The translations under genes were made by a program, and so were the position numbers. DNA of 64,000 bases, taken from NCBI GenBank assembly GCA_030704615.1, contig CM060731.1, positions 12,214,001 through 12,278,000 of the forward strand. The letters are read 5' to 3'. How positions within the stretch are numbered: the stretch's first letter is position 1; each line of letters starts with the position of its first letter. The DNA comes from Takakia lepidozioides. Its lineage: Eukaryota; Plantae; Bryophyta. The notes beneath the pieces were generated by a model. It did not search any database, was not told where the DNA came from, and saw nothing but the letters and a program-made list of their open reading frames with translations. Shown here one piece after another: positions 40,855-52,954 of this stretch.

Positions 40855-42378
40855 ATGTACAGTGCAGGTGGTGACCGGATGCGTAGGCGTAGAATAGATG
40901 ACCGTCTATGGCGAATGGAAGAAGCTTATGCCACAAGGAATGGACATACAAAAATGCTATGCAACTGCGATGAGTGTCATGGAGGAAAAGTACTGTTGTT
41001 GGAAACAGTGAGGAATCATTACATGATACACGGGAGGGATCCTCTTCTCCAACGCTATTCTCTTCCGGTAAGATCGTCACTTTCCCTTCAGCACTTTAGT
41101 TTGAATTTTGAATGCAACGATCATCTTCTCCACATGTCGACATTTCGTTGGGTGATTGTAGTCAAGAAGTCATAAGATACAGACGTGACTATGACTACGT
41201 CACTTCCGTTATCACTTTAATTAATGCACATGTCGTGTTTTCATTGGTCATGTGTAGTCATGTAGTCATATATGACTAAGTAAGTGACTGCAACTATGAC
41301 TTCAATGGTTATAAATGTCGTGTTTTGATTGGGTGTATATTCATAAGATACATACAAAATATGACTGCATCACTGCAACGTCACCGTGCCTCCTATGTCA
41401 TAATATGAACAAGTGTCACATCGTTGTTGGTCCACTCAGAAGATGACTATTGGGATGCAGGGATGTGAATATTCAGATGATGAAGACGAAGGCCCTGCGG
41501 CACAGCGGGAGCCCAATGTCACAGAGAACGCAGATGAGAGTGGTGGATTGGAGGTAGAAATGCAGCGTGCATTGCAGGAAGCGTTTCTCTTTGCAGATGC
41601 AAATAGAGATGACCCCATTCATGGTGGAACCGATCACACATTTGCCGATCATGACGATGATCTCGACGATTCCGGAGACAATGAATTTGATGAGAATGCT
41701 CACCTGCACGTTGATCCCGAGTATGATAAACTCTTCTGACAGTCGCAATGTCCACTTTTTGAAGGGTGCTCCATCAGCCGGTTGCAAGCAACTTTGACGT
41801 TGCTGAACGCATGCACTACCCACAAGTGCACCAATGCATTTGTGGATGAGCTTCTGGGATTGTTGCGTAAGAGTTTTTTGCCTAAAGAGAATTCATTGCC
41901 GAAAACTCACTATGAAGCAAAAACCATGATTGCCAAGATGGGATTGCAGTACACCATGATTCATGCCTGTGAGCGTGGTTGTGTACTCTTCCGTGGGGAG
42001 TATGAGAATGTAGACATTTGCCCAGTGTGCCGCAGTTCCCGTTACATTCCAGGTCGTGGAAGTGTGCCCAAGAAAGTATTGCGACACTTCCCTGTCATTC
42101 CAAGGTTGAAACGTATGTACCGATGTAAATCGATCGCTAACCTCATGACATGGCACGACAGACATAAGAGCCAGGATGGGTTGGTTCGACATCCAGCTGA
42201 TAGCAAAGCTTGGAGACACATTGACACCACATTTGAGGATTTTGCTGCAGAGCCACGATCTCTGCGATTTGGATTGGCCTTAGACGGTGTAAATCCCTAC
42301 GGAGCTCAATCCACAAGTTGGAGCACATGGCCCGTTCTGTTGGTCAATTACAATCTGCCTCCGTGGTTAATGACCAAA
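40855..42378 (+). pseudogene. CACTA/EnSpm transposase (Tnp2-like), 5' half only
   Basis: Exon 40855-41067 with a transposase-associated CxCxxC..H domain. After an intron: IHACERGCVLF..CPVC..RY..KVLRHFPVIPRLKRMY..HPADSKAW..GLALDGVNPY..STWPVLLVNYNLPPW. Frameshifted and cut off at ~42378. Confidence 0.9.
41130..41385. repeat. Three degenerate ~95-bp units rich in GTAGTCAT/ATGACTAC inside the CACTA transposase intron
   Basis: Units start with (C)ATGTCG at ~41133, ~41230 and ~41314. Includes the perfect palindrome TAGTCATATATGACTA. Confidence 0.7.
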
Positions 42379-42394
42379 ATCATTGGATGGAAAC

Positions 42395-42980
42395 TGAATG
42401 TCGGCAACGACATTTAGAAACTCGAGTAAGGAACCCTCCCTAAAAACTCAATGGACATTCATAACAAACATAACACTGAGGACCTCATAATAACACTGGA
42501 TGTGAATGGCGTTTACGCCATTCACAAATTCCAAACAAGGAACCAATAAATACACCCTAAGCTCCTAATCCATGTAAATTCAAATTGTTGCTAGTGAATG
42601 ACACAGACATAGAAGTGAATGTCGTCAACGACATGCACTTTGGATCTCTGATAACACAGCTAATCAAGCCTCAAGATTTCTCGCAAGAGGCAAAAGCATT
42701 GCAGAACAATTGAATGTTTGCATTGACATTCAGTAAACTGGAGTGAGGAACCCTCACTGTAAACTCTATGGACATTACAAAAACTTACATAACTCTGAGG
42801 ACCTCTTAACAACTCTGGATGTGAATGTTGTCAACGCCATTTAGGGACATTATCAATTCTAATCAAGGACACTATAATTACACCCTAAGCTCCTAATCCA
42901 GGTGAATTCAAATTCTCGCTTAAGAATGACTCAGACAAGAAGTGAATGTCGTCAACGACATTCAATTTGGATCTATGATT
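42395..42980. repeat. ~320-bp tandem duplication, each unit with three 22-bp palindromes TGAATG(T/G)CG-N4-CG(A/C)CATTCA
   Basis: Palindromes at 42395, 42501-42526 (perfect 12-bp arms), 42613-42640, 42711, 42822 and 42943-42964 (perfect 10-bp arms). Confidence 0.9.
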
Positions 42981-43028
42981 AGAATCCTTATGAAGCCAAA
43001 TTATTTCCCAAAAAGTGTAGTAGAGTTT

Positions 43029-45823
43029 CTAGTATGATATTGCACCTGTACACAACTCGCATCATGGCCCACTCTCCTCCAACCTTACTGTCAAAGTCGT
43101 TGGATCGTAAAATGTTACCATCTTTGGAAAACTCCTGGAAAAAACAGTATCTCCAGGTGAGACCTCTCCACTTCCTTATGTATGCCTCCAATGACATTTG
43201 GGGAGAGGAAACAATCGAAATGTTCAAGTCCTTCAAAGTCTGATCCAGCACAATGACGACACGCTTTTCGAGCTGCAAAATTTGTCAGTATTGCAAATAA
43301 GATACTCATCACATAATTGAAGAAAAGAAAACGGCTTATTTGAATACACACCTGACTCCAAAATGTAGCCTTGTGGAGCCAGTTATCAAACACCAAATCA
43401 CTGATTCCTTCCACCTTTGTGCCAGGCTGTATGGTGCTCTTTGGGAACTGATTCAAGTCCTTTACTGTCTGATCTGAGTTCCATATCTCCAGCCACCTTA
43501 TTTTTGTTTGTGGGTCGACCATGGATATGGCCAGCCGGTGCAATTTCTCCTGCTGCATCTCCGGATACACATGCTTGTCATAGTGAGATTTGATCTGCTG
43601 AAGGAACTCAGAACCAAGTCCAGGATCTACTATTCTAAGCTGCTTTCGGAAGGCGGACATCAATTTGGTTCTTCGCATTTCAAACTCCTTTTTTATTGCT
43701 GCTTCCACACCCTTTAATGTCCTTAGTTCCTCTGGTGTAGTGCGGTACTCCAGAAACGCCTCTCGAGTCAAAGAATACCAAGTGCCTGCAGCTCTTCCTG
43801 TTTTGCACTTCTTGATTATATTGGGGGGGGGGAACACTGTCCAAAAATCATCCAACTTCATCAGACCAATCCTCTGAATTCGGAATAGTGTGTGGACCAA
43901 GCTTGTTGTCACATGCGATTTCTCTATCGATATGCAAAAACATTGGAAACATTGCATTCCTTAACACTGTTTTTTTGGGATTAACAAGACACTACAGAGG
44001 GAATGAAGTCTCTAGGATGTCTTACTTGTTCACGTCGTGCATAGCTGTAAGAAGCCTAGCGATGTCGTTTCCTGGATCCAAAACCATTGCCTCCACAACA
44101 ACATGCTTGTTTTTGTCTTTCGCATGATGTTTCTGAATGTATCCCATCCATGCCAGCAATCGGTGGTTGCCGTTGCAGACGTAGAACATGTGGTTGCAGA
44201 ATTGCTGGGTGTTCTTTCCCATCATGAGGCCTAGCTTGAACTCCTCATTAGCATCTTTCCAGCACTCATCCCAGGTATCACTGATCTCTGGAGACACTAA
44301 TGTGCTTTTCCCATTTATATCCGTCAGTGACACATAAAAAACTTGTGCACCAAGTCTGTATCCATGCACGAAATCACTCTCCAATTATGTTATGTCATGG
44401 GAAAGAGGTGGACGCACAACATGCATAGATATCATCCGGCACAGAGGGATGTCCAGACGCCCTCCAGATACGAGCATGTCCCTTATAACCTCCTGAGAGT
44501 TTACCTTCTGGAAAGACATGAGTTCTTTCACCTTGTCAAGGTAGTGCACTTCAGATTCATCTGCTTCATCGTTATTCTCTGAGTTTTTTCCAGACTCGTC
44601 CCCATCTCCAGATCCTTTCCCCTCTGATCCTGTAGGCTTGGACCTCACAGTTTTCTACACGATGCCATTCAAATCTGACTGAGTAATGTGGAAATTGTGA
44701 ACGGCGGTAATGACCATCACTCTGTCTCGTCGAAACTCACAATGAATGGTGTGAAACAAATTCAGAACCATCTACACGAATTCAAAACAAAACACTATGA
44801 TTCTAGGGACACATGAACAGAGAGGTTTTGAGCAAGAGCGAACGGCGTTAACGACAATCACAAAAGAGTGGGACCTGCCGGATCGGTGTTGTGCAATGAC
44901 ATATATGTGTAAGTGATTGGCGGCAACGACATTCAGTATAGTTTAGAGCGGACAGTAAGTGCAGATTATTCAGATTGATTCCATTGTGATGAACATCGCA
45001 AGCATTCACTGTTTCTTGTCTATGTCGAGAGTACTTTCCAATCGATACACTACCTGAATCTACAGTATGGTCTTCAAATCTTTGATTGGCGGTACCGCCT
45101 TTCCACTTCTCTATCTGTTCAACCTCAAACAAAAAAAATGCATTGCAAAACATTATGACTGAATATGCCGACCCTCACTCTCTCTTCAAACATTAAGGTA
45201 CATAAATCTCATGAGGAGAATCGAATGGCGTTAACGACGCTCGCAATTCAGTAGACTTCAATCACATGTTCCTGCTAAAGAAGGGAAGAGGAAGGACTGC
45301 TTGAAAGGCAATCAGACAGACTGTTTGATCAGAACAACAATGAATGACGGTACCGTCAGTCACCCACTCATTGTGCGGTAAACCCTTAACAGAGGAGTAG
45401 AAAGCAAATCACCGTTGTTTCATGGTGATGGTCTGTAGCGACAATCCCTTTCTGGGACATTCCACTCAATCTCTACGCAGATCTTCAACAATGAAATGTA
45501 AGTTAGAGAAAACTTACTGGCGCCTTCTTAGGTTTTGAAATTGGATCCCGTTCTGCAACTTTCCTCTTCCCTCTCACATCTGCTGGAATTTTTGTCTGCT
45601 CTAGGGTTTCTGGACCTTCTCCCGGTTCAGCGTTCCTCGTACTTCCACCTCCTTCAGTTTCCCTGCGAGTCATCTCTGCATCCACAGGCTGGTTTCCAAC
45701 GCGCACTGTTATCGCCGACTGTGTCACAGCCGCTGCCTCAGTCTCGGTCTGCTGTTGTGAATCAGTCTCCGCGTTCACCTGCTGCCTTGGCCCTGTGTTC
45801 TCCAACAAACGACGCCTCGTCAT
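43029..45823 (-). pseudogene. Spliced gene with a ParB/Sulfiredoxin-like N-terminal domain, divergent from the Mutator transposase
   Basis: Exons 45823-45518, 44654-44026, ~43931-43352, 43272-43119 and a possible ~43045-43029. ParB-like pattern LDIPLCRMISMHVVRP...LESDFVHGY ... FYVCNGNHRLLAW (GxxRxxA) ... LLTAMHDVN. In-frame TAA at 44385-44387 and an apparently mutated acceptor at ~43932. Confidence 0.68.
44696..45448. repeat. Dispersed copies of the same 22-bp palindrome within intron 1 of the ParB-like gene
   Basis: Copies at ~44696, 44840 (GAACGGCGTTAACGACAATC), 44913 (GTGATTGGCGGCAACGACATTCA), 45083 (TGATTGGCGGTACCGCC), 45223 (GAATGGCGTTAACGACGCTC), 45341 (TGAATGACGGTACCGTCAGTCA) and ~45425. 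Confidence 0.75.
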
Positions 45824-46600
45824 TTGCTCTTTTGCTCTGCGTCTCTCTCTAAGGGAAGTAAAATAAAGAGACTTTCTTCTCTTTCGTATTGTAGAAGGAA
45901 CCCTCTCGAGCTTGACTACCACTCTCCCTCTAAGCACGAAAAGTAGAAAAACGAAGTGACTCCCGATTTCTTGCGGGATTGCGTGCGTTGTTGCTTGTCT
46001 CTAGAAGCATCGGATTCCCTCTCGCGTGACCGTTACACATAGTTGTTCCCTTATTAGTGCACATGATTAGAACGGTTTCAATATTTAAAAATAATAGCGA
46101 ATCCCAGAAATCTTGGCGCACAGTCTTAGACAAATATATGTAAATGAACGAGAGTTTGATGACAAATTTTGGGATATCATACACGGTCATCCTTGTTAGC
46201 CAACCCCACGTCCGTTTCACATTTTGAACTTTCCAGGTGCGCATGATCATTGGTAGTAGTATAAAGATACATTTACTTAATCTGCAATCCCACCCTCAGA
46301 TCCTGTGGCATGCTTCCAGGAAGTCGGCTTGTTATTGTGTTTATTGATGAGGTTCTGATTAACGGTTTAACAGCTGCCGACATTGCTCCTAGGGATACTC
46401 TGACCACTGGGCCCACAAGAAAAGTAATTAAAATAAACGGCTGCATATCTAGAAGAAATAACAGAATATGCACAGTCGTCGTCTGAGCTTCCTCCTCCAT
46501 ATTCTCTGCTCATTCTTCAACTGTGTTCTGGAGACATCAGTAAACCGATTTATACTGAAGGTCTGCGATAGCAAGGTATCAACGTACGCGAGGAAGGAAG

Positions 46601-49600
46601 ATGGCTTCCTCTGAAGCGGAGTTCTTCTCTGACGACAAACCAGTGCCGTTCTCCCAGGAAGTCCTTGACAATGGATTTGCAATTGTTCTGGAACATGTCT
46701 TGGCTACCCGTTTTCAGCTTTATAATGGCTCCATCTTTTTGGAGAAAGAGGTGTACGATTTTAAAGGGAAGTTGTTGAAATACTCTTTCCAAAACCGTGA
46801 TGAGACGGCTCATGTCAGTCTGTGGAGAGTGCGCCCTGGTCGATACAGAGTACTTGGAGAGCCTCGGCGAAAGTCCCTTGGGTCATATATGACGCCCGAG
46901 ACTGCTGCTTCGGTCGTTGAAGACAAGAGGGAGGTGGTGGTGAAAAAAGAACAGACGTCTTCCACTCCAATCGTTGAGCTTTCGGATTCGTTCGATGATG
47001 ACATAAGTGAAATTCCAAATCCAGTCCTTCCTACTGTGGTTGGAGAAGCTGATGAATAAGAGATTTGTAGTGTCATTCCAAAACTACGGGCGATGGGAGG
47101 AATGGCTGGATTCAAAAGTGAGTTGCGAGGAATTGATTGGGAATCTTTGAAGCAGGTGCCTGTGAAGTTCTCGCCAGAGACTTTTGATGGCGATATCCTA
47201 TTCGAGCTGCCTCCTGCTCCGCGAGTTGGAGGTGTAACAATCATGATGCATGGAATGGACAAGAAACACGACGGGCACCCGTGGTGCAGAACAAAAACAT
47301 CCAATATTCAGAATGATGACAAGCTTGTTTTCAGGAGAACAGTTTGCAATGGACACCTTAGGTGTGATAATTTGAATTGTAGACACTTTCTTCAGTCTGG
47401 GGTTCATAATCAAAGCAAATGGGAGGGTCTAGCGGAAAATCCATTTCAGCCTGGGAATGCCCCACCACCGGCAAACACTTTCGTCTGCAAATTCTGCAAA
47501 CTTGTGCCATTTTGCTTGGCGCTCTACGAAGCAAGAATGTACTATGTTGTCCACCGTTTGAAAACAATGACAAGAGCTTGTGTGCATTTCGGATTCCATA
47601 ACCATCCTGTCTCGAAGGGGGATTACAGGGAGAGTGTTGAGACAGTATCGAGGTTGATTAAATAGGAGTTCGGGAGAAACCCATCCGCAACAACATCTGC
47701 AATTGCTCTTGACGCAAGCAAGTCCTTCTTGGAAAGCCATATTTTGAGTTAAGGGGATTCTATGGGGACTAAACTTGACGGTGCAGCATTGGACCTGGTC
47801 ATGGATCATTTCTCCACTTTGAGTTCATCTAACATTCGGCATCAGATCAATGCATTAAGAATGGGCTCTGGTATCAGAGGCTACATAGACAACATTTTAG
47901 AGTTGAAACGAGTGAGCAAGTACGATTACATCCAGGACAATGTATTCCCAGGTCAAGGTGCCATCAAAGTTTTTCTTTTCAAAATGTCAACTGTTGGGGA
48001 GGGCAGTGGGGTTAGCCTCGTGAAGCTGATGCAGAAGACTGGGGACTTGCAGAACTGTTTTCTTATGTTTGATCATGTGAAACGAGTGAAGGATTGGACG
48101 ACAATGGCTTGTCATGTCTACGATCCAGTGTACCAACGAGTTATGACAATTGCAGTTTGTGACATGCAATCCAAGGATACGGAATCCCAGAAGCTCATGT
48201 GGAATTCCCTGATACGTGTCATGGGCTGCCATCTCCAAATTTTGCAGGTTTCATGGCGGATAGTGCTCAAGCAAATTTCAATGCTGTTCGTATTGTCTTC
48301 GGATCGGCGACCCAAAAGTGCCAATGCGAGGAAGAGAGCGTACATGTCTATTCCATTGGACACAATCTCTGGAAAACATACAAAGTCGGACATCAAACCA
48401 GAGATGCAGACTCAACACCGTAAATTGTGCAAAGAGTACAAAGATGCTAGAACAATGAAGGAGGCGGACACTTTGTTCCAGACAATTCGTGCCTGGTGGT
48501 TCTCTTCTGGAGCTGCATCACTTGAGAGTATGAGAGCATTGGAAGATTGGCTTCCGGTATAGACAGTGGGGAGTAGCCATGGCAGTGGTACGAGGCTTAT
48601 ATTTCTTGCTTTATTCATACATTTACTTTCCATTTTATTGTCTCATCGCTTTCTTTATGTTGTTTTCTGTTCACTGTTTTGAAGTGTGGTTCTCCACTTT
48701 GCAGAACATGTCCATTGAGGAAATGGCGGACATGCCATCTTGCAATTTGGCAAAAACTGTGCACAATGCATGGTTGCAGCAGTCTGGGAAATGAGGTCGG
48801 GATTTGTATGTGACAACAACAAATGATTTGATACGTGCCTTGCAACAACAAACCCGATACTGTGATTTCTTGCGAGGTGGGGTTGGTGGCAAGGGTCCGG
48901 ACAAATGGGAGTTGATGTTGCGTGCTGCAAACAGATCTGGGGATCCAATCAAGATAGCACGGGCGGTGAGCATGTATGCCCAGGGAACGCCACTTGTTTC
49001 TAGAGTTCCACATCTTGAAGGGGATGAGAGATTCGGCTCCTGTAAGAGGAAATTGAACACTCCACCTGGTTCGGATTCCGATTCGCACAGGGCAGACCGT
49101 GATAACTTCTTGAAGCCTCATGTTCCCCTACATGACAGCTCCATGTCCGGAACCTCCATTGTGGAGGAACCTCCAACACGACGGCAAGCTCCAACATCAA
49201 ACAGTGTCACTGAAATGGTGCAGGAGAGAAACAACCCCCTTGATGTGCTTGAGTCCGCATGCCCCGACCACGTTTGGCACATAGAACGCACAAGTGTAGG
49301 GTCTTGTGTGAAATGTACAGCGACCAGGGCAACTAATTTCGAGAAGTGCACTTCATCTATATCCAGAGGTGGTGCCCGAACTCGTGCTCCGACTTTCACG
49401 GGTTTGATGCGTCCATTTGGTCAACCAGAAGCCAAGAACCACAAGTTCTAGTTCTGCGCAGATGATTGTGCCAGATGTGTGCATGGAACTGTGCGTCCTT
49501 CCGTAGTGATGAAGCCATCTCCTCCAACCGTTTGGCCCGTGAAGGTGGGAACACATCTCAGATTTCAGGAGATTGAAATGCTGGAGGAGGCAAGCTTTTC

Positions 49601-50090
49601 CCTTGCGAAACAACCCCAACTCCATGCGTGTGCTACTACTTCTGCGTCCTCCCGGGTCCCCCCGGCAAATCCTGACTTGTGGCCAACCAAACGAGATGGA
49701 AAGCTCGTTCGACGTTTCCCTCCAACCGCTGAACACTTTGGCAAAGTGGAGTCCGCAAGAATGCTCCAAGCTCGTGTTGGAAGCACCACGGAAGTACCCG
49801 ATCCAGGATATGGTCGGGTGTTCACAATCATCACTTCCACATCTGTTGTTCATGACAGGACCTACGACATCACGGTTTCCAATTTCCCCAATTGCACATG
49901 TCCTGATTTTGTAAATATGCTATCAACCAGTTTGGGCAAGAGAGGTAAATTCATACCCTGCAAACATTTGTATTTCATATTTTTGAAGAGGATGGTTTGC
50001 GATCCCAAACGTGACAACTTCATTCACCAGGCCACTATGAGTTTCAACGAGGTCGATACTCTATTGCAGCAGGATACAACACATGGGTAG
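46601..50090 (+). pseudogene. Mutator-like (MULE) transposase pseudogene, copy 2, near full length: WRKY/GCM-like Zn domain + DDE + SWIM finger
   Basis: DGHPWCRTKTSNI..RTVCNGHLRC.N..C..C..C...HFGFHNHP; FLMFDHVKRV (D1); GFMADSAQ (D2); CLFHW; SCNLA(K)TVH; C-terminal SWIM CTCPDF...PCKHL. Intron ~48587-48703. Several point stops and frameshifts. Confidence 0.85.
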
Positions 50091-50664
50091 CATCAACTAT
50101 GCAATGTGGTATGTGGACGACCATGATTTGAAATGTGTAATTCACATCAATTCGTCGGCGGTGCAATGATATGGCCTCCAACTATACGGAGTGAGCTCTG
50201 AATGGCAACTTTTAAAAGCACATTTGTCATTGCACCGTTCGAAGTCTACATGTCTTGCTGTCGCTATACACTACAATCATCTTTTGAAGATGATCCTAAC
50301 TCTCATTGTTATTTGAGGAGGGAGGAAGGTCTTCCCGTGGCAGCCTCTATGTCGCACACTTTGTGAGGATATTTTCTCGTCCTCGTAATTGTAAAAGTGA
50401 AACAAGCATTTGTAATTGCACAATGTTGGATGCTACAATTGTAGGCCTCATGGTAGTCTTGATTCTATTTAGGCAAGATTCCCTGCATTAATTCCACGGT
50501 CATAGGACCATCCTCGGTTATAGGCGGCGCATGTTAATGCTGACGTGGCAGATGACGGACAGTGCCACGTCATCATTTGCCGCCACATCAGCATGCTGAC
50601 ATGACGCTCACGCCACGTCACTCCTCCGTGAGCGTACGCTCGCGTGCTCACGCGCAACACTCAT

Positions 50665-51436
50665 GCCATTGCGTTGTTGCATCTTTTCCATGTACTCCTC
50701 AACAGTTTCATGCTTCTTTTGCCTTAACTGTTGTAAACTCCCATACACTTCATCCTCAGTTTTATTTGTCCTGAACCTGTTTTCGGAATGTTGTACTAAG
50801 GCCATTCCAGGTTAGGAAATGATTATTAAGAAATCTTGCATACCATTCACTTGCTTTCTTGATAAGTGAACAAGGAAACAGTCTCATCTTGGCATCATCG
50901 CCATTGTCATTGTTCACAATACACATATGCTCAAATTGGCTGATGTGTACATCAGGATCCCCTTTCCATGCATATATTGGAAAAGGTGGTTTTGCCTGTG
51001 TTGGAGGTACCGCCATTTGTGGCCCTACACCCTGCCCACTGACAGGTGTTGGTCCTCCTGTTGGTGCTGGTCCTTGAGGACCTATTGTTGTAGTGGTGGA
51101 ACTCCCACCAGGTGTTGGCCCCTGAGCACTCCCTGCTACTGGCCCCTCTATACTTACAGTATTCCCAGCTTCAGTTGCACTACTTCCCACACTCCCTGTC
51201 CCCCCAGAGCCAGATCCAAGTTGCCCGCCTGATCCCCCTGAGCCGACACCTTTGTTGGCCTGTGATCCAAGTGCTCCACTTGATCCAGGTCCAACAGGTT
51301 GGGATGTCCTGGTTGTAGTCTCAACCTCAACTGTTGGGTCTACTTCTTCATACTCTTCATCTTCCAAATTATTCTCTCTGTTTTCATCCTCCAAGTTCTT
51401 CTCTTGGTTTTCTTCTTCCTCACTCATATATCTCAA
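50665..51436 (-). mobile_element. Ty3/gypsy retrotransposon gag fragment (leader/LTR-like sequence probably extends to ~52650)
   Basis: GDPDVHISQFEHMC...KMRLFPCSLIKKASEWY...TWNGLSTTF.. / LQQLRQKKHETVEEY matches the Retrotrans_gag pattern. Frameshifted and truncated. Confidence 0.8.
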
Positions 51437-52954
51437 CTAAAGTGGTGTTGGAGAGTCTGAACTCTCCGTTGGTTTTGCCACATCATCCTCTCCTTCTTTG
51501 TCTTATGCTTCAGAAACTAGAGTTCCTGCTTTTGGTGTCCCATGCCAACTCTGATCAAAGATTTGTTTGGACAATCTTTCTTTCTCAGTTCCACAGGGAA
51601 TTTGATTCACATCAAATTCTTTGATTCTCCAACCACCATGATCCCACCAGATGCCTGTCACATCTGGTTGTTCTTGACTGAGTTCCCCAGTATGGTTGCC
51701 AAATGTCGAGCGGCTTTTACTCACCCATGCATCCCTTCGCTATCCGAGGTGGGAATTCCAAGATAGAAGAGTTGGATATCTCTAAGCACTTAGCCCGCTT
51801 AGAACAATCAGTCATGACCTACAACTGGTGTATCATGGGAGTGCTTCCTGTTTGTATTCCTTCTTGCCTTCATATGATCAGCAAGTTACCTTACTGTTTA
51901 TATTTAAGTATCAGATTGCTTCAGCAATCTACCTAGTTCCAATCACTCATCCATTCATTCCACAGCTTCACTCAGGTCTCTCTACACAGTGCAAGTATGG
52001 AATATATATCAGATTAAGATCTATCAAGTATTAGGCCGAAGCCATGGTGTCCCTAGTCTGCTCTACAGTACAACTCTACAGCTTGCATGAATCAAGCATC
52101 ATCTCCTCGTATGTGTAATCTCCATCCCCTATGCTCCAAGATTGTGCTCTCCGCTTGACCTTCTCTCGTGATGTACAGGTTGTGATCCCCGAAGTGTGTT
52201 CTCCCCGTTGCTACTCTGCTTTTTCTACCTGCAAGCTGTTCTAACTGCCTAACTAACTAACTGTCATCCAGACAGAATACTCGTTCTCTCTGCCGATGTC
52301 ATTCCTACACAGTCATTCCCTGCCATGGTAACCATTCCCTACGAATGTTGTGACGGGCTGTGCCAAACTGTGTCGGGCTGTGACTGGCTGTGTAAGCCTG
52401 TCTACCACCCCTAAGGCCTGTGTTGGTCTAAGTCTCTCATCCGTAAGTTTGCGCAAAAATTAAGGGTACCCCACATAACCTGTAAAACTGTCTAAGTCCC
52501 AGACAGCCCTCTAACAACTCTTCATTTGCGAAGATTTTTTCTAACAGAAAGCCCACGCCAACTGACTTGGATTTTTGTTGTATTTGTCCCAGAAGCTCCC
52601 ACCTTCTACCGAAGTAATTTATCCCTCCAAACAACTTTGAAAAACTTTCTACAGGCTGTCATTCCCCGCTAGTGCTGCTGGATATTCAAAGCCGCAATTC
52701 TTAGCAGTAAGAAGCGCTTATGAAACTGGAGCATTTTTTACGATGCCTGCAGTCTTCTCATGTGGACTAGCATAAGTTTGAGCTGAATCCTTGGAAACCA
52801 TCCTCGATAGTGGGCTTGAATAACCACTGTCGCATTCTCTTTTTGCCAATGAAAAAAAAAAAGGTGGACGCGTTGCCGAAGCAAGCGTAACTTATGGTGT
52901 CACTTGACCCAGAAGGGCTACTGCCTTCCGGTAGGAAGGTGGACACCTTTGTAA

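Noticed and set aside
42395-42980. CRISPR array (palindromic repeats with spacers); the same was considered for 23624-24190 and 60020-61470
   Set aside because: Eukaryotic context with no cas genes. Spacers are long, irregular and homologous to each other, and the repeats are degenerate.
43029-45823. Bacterial contamination or a true parABS locus
   Set aside because: The gene has GT-AG introns, there is no ParA Walker-A ATPase nearby, and the flanks are plant transposons.
50090-50500. Terminal inverted repeat for the MULE-ParB element
   Set aside because: Only an 11-bp local inverted repeat (CGGTGCAATGA/TCATTGCACCG) was found, with no match to the left junction at ~42378 and no 9-bp TSD. 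Element boundaries remain undefined.
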